Assembly: GCA_965223905.1 (NCBI GenBank)
Contig: CBDCXV010000010.1
Coordinates: forward strand, 1,888,001 to 1,952,000
Length of the DNA: 64,000 nt
Source: Candidatus Latescibacterota bacterium
Lineage (GTDB): Bacteria; Latescibacterota; UBA2968; UBA8231
Reading direction: 5' to 3'
Shown: positions 63,360 through 64,000 of the stretch, piece after piece
Position numbering within the stretch: the stretch's first letter is position 1
Layout of the letters: each line of letters begins with the position of its first letter
The notes under the pieces: generated by a model
What the model saw: the letters and a program-made list of their open reading frames with translations, nothing else
What the model was told of the DNA's origin: nothing
The model's database searches: none
Program-made: the position numbers and the translations under genes

Positions 63360-63686
63360 TTTTTCCTGACGGAGGTATGTGGCAGGTCGGGCTTGAAAAC
63401 GACAGTGGGTAGGATTGGTTACACTGTATCGCGTAATCGGCCGGTCTGTTGCTGATTTCGTTTCAAGGCCCTGCTCGTCGCGAGTGTGGTGTTCGGCGTA
63501 CGGTTCGACCGAGGATCTCCTGCTCTCAGCTGCGGTCTCGGCAGGTACAGTCGTCCGATAATGCCTCTTGGTCTTGCAGGTGACGGGCGTGGATCCAAGC
63601 GTGTGCCCTGCGTGCGGCCAAGGACGTATGCACACTGTGCAGATTCTCAGCCCATCGGAACAGCGCGCACCACCTGAATGGCGTCA
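63360..63686 (-). mobile_element. Element A copy 5 (subtype 2), ori tip lost
   Basis: Near-identical to copy 4, sharing the end CACCACCTGAATGGCGTCA. Confidence 0.85.
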
Positions 63687-63750
63687 GCGGACTCTGGCGC
63701 TCGGGCCGTCAGCGAATACGGGTACGCGGGCCGCCCTCAGAACGCCTGCG

Positions 63751-64000
63751 ATGATAATGATTGAAAAACGAGTCCCGTTCCCGCGTCCCATTGTTTCGCT
63801 CCTGGGTATGTGTCCCCTCCTGCTGCTGCATTGCGGGCCTCCGAGGGCCCTGGATCGCCGTGTGGGCGACATGGTGCAGGCGCTTGGAGCGAACGACCTG
63901 GTAGACAATACTATCCTCTGGCTTCGTCCCTGGGACCGCCGGGACCGGCCAACCTTCGAGGCCTTCCCCCTTGTCGAAGACGGGCTGCTGATGGTGGTGA
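63751..64000 (+). other. Chimeric ORF: duplicated CRTAC1 lipoprotein signal fused in frame to a sulfatase-like fragment
   Basis: 63726-63842 copies about 29575-29692; continues RALDRRVGDMVQALGANDLVDNTIL; open to the window end. Confidence 0.6.

Overview
GC-rich bacterial window. Its gene families (FTPNGDG/FlgD-Ig C-terminal proteins, an SWxRIK C-terminal motif, ASPIC/UnbV proteins, PhyH, propeller glycosidases) suggest an FCB-group organism such as Latescibacterota; this is inference. It is a mosaic of intact genes and many abruptly truncated gene pieces. The strongest unexplained structure is seven IS91/ISCR-type oriIS-like termini (TCCTATACnn) from four sequence families, all on the + strand. 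Five are packed head-to-tail in the first 8 kb, each joined to different passenger DNA, and two more clipped copies lie on the - strand. No intact IS91 transposase is present. One copy carries 44 bp of the gene that flanks another copy, one adjoins a duplicated locus, and one sits inside a circularly permuted gene block. Together this looks like Helitron-like, rolling-circle capture and shuffling of gene fragments by non-autonomous elements. Also present: two triplets of mosaic glycoside-hydrolase-like paralogues, mazEF between 20-bp direct repeats, a candidate T9SS-type-B-like surface/secretion operon (32.3-42.2 kb), an Opp/Dpp-type ABC importer, a multiheme cytochrome, CRTAC1/TPR genes, and IS1380/IS481 remnants. 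I found no rRNA, tRNA, CRISPR array or reverse transcriptase. Family calls come from motif recognition only, and a chimeric assembly cannot be excluded without reads.
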